A DNA stretch of 24,000 nucleotides. It comes from Alteribacillus bidgolensis. Lineage in GTDB: Bacteria > Bacillota > Bacilli > Bacillales > Marinococcaceae. Below are positions 19,354 through 24,000 of the stretch, one piece after another. The notes under the pieces are model-generated. The model saw only the letters and a program-made list of their open reading frames with translations. It ran no database searches and was not told the DNA's origin. The position numbers and the translations under genes were made by a program. The stretch spans positions 476,646 through 500,645 of the forward strand of contig NZ_KZ614149.1 of NCBI RefSeq assembly GCF_002886255.1. Direction: 5' to 3'. How positions within the stretch are numbered: position 1 is the first letter of the stretch; each line of letters starts with the position of its first letter.

Positions 19354-19537
19354 ATAAATTCGTTAATGAAATATTTGTGGTACGATAATATACATAACTA
19401 TATGAATGTATCGATTCCATATATTTTTAATTTTGTCAAACGTCAAAAAACGACAAAAAGGTAGAAAATGAAAGATGTAAGGAGCTGGATTTTATTTTCT
19501 AAGAATTTTGAATTAAGGAAAGGGTATTAGACAGTCT

Positions 19538-19544
19538 TGTCGAA
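19538..19544 (+). promoter_or_regulatory. 0A box (Spo0A~P binding site) upstream of spo0A
   Basis: Perfect TGTCGAA heptamer in the spo0A upstream region. Similar TTTTGTC/GACAAAA elements at 19431-19437 and 19452-19458. Confidence 0.6.
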
Positions 19545-19591
19545 AACAATATACAGACATGTGAAGAAAAGTATAATAAGGAGGTACATTT

Positions 19592-20380
19592 GTGAATAAA
19601 ATTAAAGTTTGTGTAGCTGACGATAATAGAGAATTGGTCGGTTTGTTAAATGAATATATTGGGGCACAAGAAGATATGGAGGTTACTGGCAGAGCCTATA
19701 ACGGGCAAGAGTGTTTAAAGATGGTAGAAGAAACGCAGCCAGATGTTCTTGTTCTTGACATCATTATGCCTCATTTAGATGGGTTAGCGGTTTTGAATAA
19801 AATCAATTCTGGCCAGCACAACCCGCGGCCTAAAATTATTATGCTAACAGCTTTTGGTCAAGAAGATGTAACAAAGAAAGCAGTTAATCTTGGTGTTTCT
19901 TATTATGTTTTAAAACCTTTTGACATGGAAACCTTGATTTCTAATATTAGAGAAGTGTGCAGTGGCGAAACATCTGTGGTTCAACAAGCGTATAGTTATA
20001 ATAATGAAAGCAAAGAAGAACCTGAGATTAATTTAAATCAAAGTATTACAAATATTATTCATGAAATCGGAGTGCCTGCTCATATTAAGGGATATATGTA
20101 TTTAAGAGAAGCGATTTCTATGGTTTATAATGATATCGATTTGTTAGGTTCCATTACGAAGGTATTGTACCCTGATATTGCTAAAAAATACAACACTACT
20201 TCAAGCAGAGTAGAACGAGCCATCCGACATGCTATTGAAGTTGCTTGGAGCAGAGGTAATTTTGAATCGATTTCGCGTATGTTTGGGTATACAATAAATG
20301 TTTCAAAAGCAAAGCCTACTAACTCTGAATTTATAGCAATGGTTGCAGATAAGCTGAGACTTGAACATAAAGTAAGTTAA
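19592..20380 (+). CDS. spo0A: Sporulation transcription factor Spo0A
   Basis: 262 aa, GTG start after AAGGAGG. Receiver domain ([29 protein letters not shown]) plus Spo0A C-terminus [31 protein letters not shown]. Confidence 0.98.
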   Translation: MNKIKVCVADDNRELVGLLNEYIGAQEDMEVTGRAYNGQECLKMVEETQPDVLVLDIIMPHLDGLAVLNKINSGQHNPRPKIIMLTAFGQEDVTKKAVNLGVSYYVLKPFDMETLISNIREVCSGETSVVQQAYSYNNESKEEPEINLNQSITNIIHEIGVPAHIKGYMYLREAISMVYNDIDLLGSITKVLYPDIAKKYNTTSSRVERAIRHAIEVAWSRGNFESISRMFGYTINVSKAKPTNSEFIAMVADKLRLEHKVS

Positions 20381-20392
20381 GAACGTTGTTAG

Positions 20393-20428
20393 AAGGAGCC
20401 GCCCTAATAAAGGACGGCTTCCTTTTTG
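20393..20428 (+). terminator. Terminator after spo0A
   Basis: AAGGAGCCGCC...GGACGGCTTCCTTTTT imperfect hairpin plus T run. Confidence 0.75.
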
Positions 20429-20455
20429 TGAGCATATAAGAGTAAGCCCGAAAGA

Positions 20456-20635
20456 TTAATTTTGATCAGAAATGTATGACTCAAAAAGCCGTGAAACCAT
20501 GGAAGAACTTTCTGTATAAGGTCGTAATTGATTAATTCTTTTAGACGAAGGTTCGTATTGAATCACATATTGTTCACCATTATACGATGCCAGATACATA
20601 TCAAACCCATGTCTAGATTCAATAAACTGAAACAA
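20456..20635 (-). CDS. Small uncharacterised protein (59 aa), convergent to spo0A
   Basis: Below the supplied ORF track's apparent length cutoff. TTG start at 20635-20633 preceded by AAGGGGG at 7-nt spacing, stop TAA at 20458-20456. Translation: MFQFIESRHGFDMYLASYNGEQYVIQYEPSSKRINQLRPYTESSSMVSRLFESYISDQN. Confidence 0.65.
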   Translation of the reverse strand: MFQFIESRHGFDMYLASYNGEQYVIQYEPSSKRINQLRPYTESSSMVSRLFESYISDQN

Positions 20636-20922
20636 TTTGGTTCCCCCTTATCATTTTTCGTTGGTACTTCCACTTTACAGTTTAAATTCCTCGAAAAAAA
20701 TTTTTTCTTTATAATTATCTTTTTCCTCATTCCTATATCTATGCATGTAATCCCTCCGATTTGGACCATACTAGAAAAAGGTATTAGAAAAACTTGGCTT
20801 GGCACCACGGTCTGTGGCACGAAATTGGTACGTCCTGCATGCTGGAAGCCTTAGTCTTTTCTTATACTTGATTCCTTTAGAAAAGTCACTTTCCTAAAGT
20901 ATAAAAAAGGGGTGAAAGCAGC

Positions 20923-22035
20923 GTGGATAAGATTCAAGGAAAAGCGCACTTTCATGAAAAAACAAAAATTCTTGCAAATCAAATTGAAAAAAAACAAATT
21001 GCTGTAATTGATCATGAAGACATAGATCCGATTGCTGCAGAAAGTTTAATAAAAAAGAATGTCAAAGCCGTCATAAATTTAAAACGTTCTATGAGCGGAG
21101 AATTTTTTCATGAAGGTGTCAAAAGGCTGTTAGAGCAAAACATAAAGGTATTTGATATTCATCCAAATAGTGATATAGGTAAATGGATACATGGACGAGA
21201 GATTGAGATTAATCATAATTATTTGTTTGTGATTTATTCTCAAAAAAAATATGATGTTGGACCATTAAAAGAATACAATATGCCATTTGTACGCTTATTA
21301 GAAGAAAAAGGAAAGAAAAATCTTCCTATTACTTTTGAGAAATTTAGCAGCAATAGTATATCGTACGCAGAAAAAGATTTAATACAGCTGTTAGAATGTT
21401 GGAAAAAATGGGAACATGGATCAGCTTTACAAGGAAAAGATGTGTTAATTGTTATTCGGGGAACTGATTATGAAAAGGACTTAGATTGCGTGAAAAAATA
21501 CTTTATAAGAAATGGTAATAATATTTCATTGATAGCAGTTGATGGAGCAGCTAATGAGATGCTTCATAAGGATATGCATCCTGATTACATTATAGGAGAC
21601 ATGGACTCTGTTAGCAGTAAAGTATTACAATGCGGAGCCAAGCTTATTGTGCATCAAGGCGCAAAAGGTCATTCACCGGGTATGCAAAGGGTAAAGGATC
21701 ATCAATTATCAGCTAATACTGTAACGTTTATCGGTTTGAGTGAAGATGCTGCCATTGCTTTTGCTTTAAAAGAAGGAGCGAAAAAAATTTATTTGCTTGG
21801 CGGTCATCGTGATATGGAAGAATATCTCAGCAAAGGAAGAAAGGGCATGGGGTCCTCTTTGTTAATAAAAATGCTTGCAGGCAGTAAAATTATTGATTTA
21901 AAAGGGATACATCACCTTTATGATAATAGCAGAAAATCACAGTCTTTATTTTGGCATTTTAGAAAAATATATCATTCTTTACCATTTTTACGTGGTTCGA
22001 AATCAGAAAAAGAAATGAGGGAAATGAAAGCGTGA
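20923..22035 (+). CDS. Putative cytokinetic-ring protein SteA-like (thiamin pyrophosphokinase-like fold)
   Basis: 370 aa; IAVIDHEDIDPIAAESLIKKNVKAVINLKRSMSGEF, AVDGAANEMLHKDMHPDYIIGDMDSVSSKVLQCGAKLIVHQGAKGHSPGMQR. Confidence 0.8.
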   Translation: MDKIQGKAHFHEKTKILANQIEKKQIAVIDHEDIDPIAAESLIKKNVKAVINLKRSMSGEFFHEGVKRLLEQNIKVFDIHPNSDIGKWIHGREIEINHNYLFVIYSQKKYDVGPLKEYNMPFVRLLEEKGKKNLPITFEKFSSNSISYAEKDLIQLLECWKKWEHGSALQGKDVLIVIRGTDYEKDLDCVKKYFIRNGNNISLIAVDGAANEMLHKDMHPDYIIGDMDSVSSKVLQCGAKLIVHQGAKGHSPGMQRVKDHQLSANTVTFIGLSEDAAIAFALKEGAKKIYLLGGHRDMEEYLSKGRKGMGSSLLIKMLAGSKIIDLKGIHHLYDNSRKSQSLFWHFRKIYHSLPFLRGSKSEKEMREMKA

Positions 22036-22703
22036 AAACAAGTGTTATTATTCCAGCTTATAATGAAGAGCGACATTTAAAATCAACATTGCAAACTCTA
22101 CGCAAAGCTGGCTGGGCAAACGAATTAATTGGAGTAAACGATGGGAGTTCTGATTCTACTGGAAGAATTATGGAAAAATATTGTGATGTATCGATTTCAT
22201 TTATTAAAAATCATGGAAAAACAGCTGCAGCAAAAGCAGGATGGTTAGCCAGCAAAGGAGAGTTTATTGTAATTTTAGATGCAGATTTAAGAGACAGTGC
22301 AATATACGGCAGCGAATTATTATATCCATTGGAATCAAATGAAGCTGACTTAGTTATTGGTACAGTAATGGGAAGTGGAAAAAATGGTTTTGGACTTGTT
22401 AAGAGAAGGGTACAGCGTCTTATTCATAGAAGAAGTGGTCTGCTTTTACAAATGCCATTGTCAGGACAAAGAGCTTTTCGAAGAAAACATATTGAACATT
22501 ATCATCAATTACAGGCAGAAGGTTTCGGTCTAGAGACGATGATGACATTAAAAGCTGTAGAAGAAGGATTTAGAATTAAAGAAGTAGAAGTGCCATTTGT
22601 ACATGACGGCAAAGGATGGGGAATTCAAGGTATGTGTCACCGTGCCAAGCAATGGCTGGAGGTGGAAAGGTGCCTATGGAAATATGGAAAATCATACTCT
22701 TAA
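22032..22703 (+). CDS. Glycosyltransferase family 2
   Basis: 223 aa; MKTSVIIPAYNEERHLKSTLQTLRKAG, GVNDGSSDST, FIVILDADLRD; ATGA overlap with the upstream gene. Confidence 0.93.
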   Translation: MKTSVIIPAYNEERHLKSTLQTLRKAGWANELIGVNDGSSDSTGRIMEKYCDVSISFIKNHGKTAAAKAGWLASKGEFIVILDADLRDSAIYGSELLYPLESNEADLVIGTVMGSGKNGFGLVKRRVQRLIHRRSGLLLQMPLSGQRAFRRKHIEHYHQLQAEGFGLETMMTLKAVEEGFRIKEVEVPFVHDGKGWGIQGMCHRAKQWLEVERCLWKYGKSYS

Positions 22704-23485
22704 GTGCAATGGTGCCGATCTTTTGGCCTGTATTGAGAAACAGCTCTGTAAAATTTGGGTGGACGGCTGTTAATTATAAAAATATGTACATTCCATTTAC
22801 ACTCGGAATTGTTTTGTTACTTTTTGTTTTTAATTTTATTCTTTTATGGCCACCCGATCATTTATTAGCTTTTATGGTATATATAGTAGGAATTTGGACC
22901 GCCGGATGGATTGATGATGTACGTGGAAGTGATTATCCAAAAGGAATAAAAGGACATATGTATTTTTTTATAAAAAAAGGAGAGTGGACGACAGGGCTTA
23001 CAAAAATTGTAATTATTGTCATTTCTGCAAGTGTCAGTCTCCTTTTAGCAGAAGCAACGATGCAAATAGGTACGGTGATTACATTTATGTTGTTCGTATT
23101 ATCGCCACATGTGTGTAATTCTCTCGATACACGACCACTTAGAGTTTGGAAATGGGTAAGCATTCATGTTTTAATGTTGCTTATATTTCTGTCTGTAAGG
23201 CCGGTGCCAGGCATGCTTTTCTATATAGTGGTGGCAATGGGGGTATGGGGGTATTTAGAAATAACGAAAAAAGGAATGCTTGGAGATAATGGAGCTGCTT
23301 TGGCCGGAGGAATCATAGCATGGGTGGGAATGCAGTTTTTTCCCTTTAGTATTCAACTTTTTTTTATGGGCATTCTTGTTGGTATTACTTATTTAGCAGA
23401 AAAAATTTCGATTCATGCTTTTATTGAAAAAGTTCATATTTTGAAGGAAATTGATCATTTGGGGAGAAGGGAAAGGATGGAATAA
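22670..23485 (+). CDS. MraY/WecA-like (GT4-type) polytopic membrane protein
   Basis: ORF 22616-23485. The plausible start is GTG 22670 (GGAGG 7 nt upstream) or ATG 22676. Multi-TM with AGWIDDVRGSD, CNSLDTRPLR and MLGDNGAALAGG motifs. Confidence 0.75.
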   Translation: MPMEIWKIILLSAMVPIFWPVLRNSSVKFGWTAVNYKNMYIPFTLGIVLLLFVFNFILLWPPDHLLAFMVYIVGIWTAGWIDDVRGSDYPKGIKGHMYFFIKKGEWTTGLTKIVIIVISASVSLLLAEATMQIGTVITFMLFVLSPHVCNSLDTRPLRVWKWVSIHVLMLLIFLSVRPVPGMLFYIVVAMGVWGYLEITKKGMLGDNGAALAGGIIAWVGMQFFPFSIQLFFMGILVGITYLAEKISIHAFIEKVHILKEIDHLGRRERME

Positions 23486-23495
23486 AATGGAATAA

Positions 23496-23528
23496 TAAAA
23501 GGGCTGACTCTAAATAGTCAACCTTTTA
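23496..23528. terminator. Bidirectional terminator-like hairpin between convergent genes
   Basis: AAAAGGgcTGACT-CTAAAT-AGTCAaCCTTTT, T-rich on both strands, between 23485(+) and 23526(-) gene ends. Confidence 0.6.
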
Positions 23529-23777
23529 CTTGCTGCTCGGGCCCGTTTTTGATTGATACCGAATGCCTACTTTTTTATTTTTACGATCCCGGTAAAAAAC
23601 AAAACCGGAAATAAACCAAATCCCAAAAACAAGCATTAACAAACCAGTTAAAAATTGCAGCCATAAAAAGGGAAAAGGAGGCTGTAAAATTTGAAAAAGC
23701 ATATCCCTCATTAACTTTATGCCTAAGGCTGCCATTATACCAGGAATAACTAAAATTAATAACGCAATCAGCCGCAT
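23526..23777 (-). CDS. yqzF: DUF2627 / YqzF-like small membrane protein
   Basis: 83 aa: MRLIALLILVIPGIMAALGIKLMRDMLFQILQPPFPFLWLQFLTGLLMLVFGIWFISGFVFYRDRK. Confidence 0.85.
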   Translation of the reverse strand: MRLIALLILVIPGIMAALGIKLMRDMLFQILQPPFPFLWLQFLTGLLMLVFGIWFISGFVFYRDRKNKKVGIRYQSKTGPSSK

Positions 23778-23975
23778 GAGTTATTTCTCTCCTAAATAAT
23801 AACTATAAAGGCTTGGCTTTGCCAAGTTTCTTTTTTATACTTTAAGGACGTTTAACTTTATTAAAGGATTAAAGTATAAGAAAAATTAAGGCTTTCGCCA
23901 TTAAGGACTTGGCGACAAGCCGAGTCTTTACTAATTGTACTCTATTTATACAATGTTGTCCAAAGGGGGATATTT

Positions 23976-24000
23976 GTGAAAACAGCTGTTATTGTTGGTG
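23976..24000 (+). CDS. 5' end of a CDS truncated by the window, starting VKTAVIVG (Rossmann-like start)
   Basis: GTG at 23976 with AAGGGGG (23963-23969), 6-nt spacing. Only 8 codons visible. Confidence 0.5.

Noticed and set aside
20528-20854. 108-aa plus-strand ORF and 85-aa minus-strand ORF (20563-20820) between spo0A and the SteA-like gene
   Set aside because: They are atypical in composition, lack convincing ribosome binding sites, and overlap the better supported 59-aa minus-strand ORF in different frames.
1-24000. CRISPR arrays, prophage, IS elements, toxin-antitoxin or restriction/defence modules, rRNA/tRNA genes
   Set aside because: None seen: no regularly spaced direct repeats, transposase/integrase motifs or tRNA cloverleafs were recognised. 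The region is conserved core chromosome apart from the items listed.

Overview
The window is a Bacillaceae-type chromosomal segment, almost entirely + strand. Gene order: 3' end of an Xaa-Pro peptidase gene, efp, spoIIIAA-AH, a 122-aa uncharacterised ORF where accB/accC often sit, yqhY-like (Asp23/Gls24), nusB, folD, xseA, xseB, ispA, a ~590-nt structured noncoding region, a ~200-aa multi-TM protein, dxs, tlyA/yqxC, argR, recN, spoIVB, spo0A, a small minus-strand ORF, a SteA-like gene, a GT2 glycosyltransferase, an MraY/WecA-like membrane protein, and a minus-strand DUF2627/YqzF-like gene. The standout is the block between ispA and the membrane protein/dxs (about 11583-12175). It has its own sigA-like promoter, a perfect 11-bp pairing of its 5' and 3' ends, and many GC-rich internal hairpins. 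It sits in the exact syntenic position of OLE RNA (Ornate, Large, Extremophilic), immediately upstream of its partner membrane protein gene oapA. I call it an OLE RNA / OapA ribonucleoprotein locus. Family assignment rests on synteny, architecture and remembered family features; no covariance search was run. Other items of interest: an overlooked 59-aa TTG-start ORF downstream of spo0A, a micro-ORF before spoIVB, 0A-box-like sites before spo0A, and a translationally coupled SteA-GT2-MraY-like cluster.
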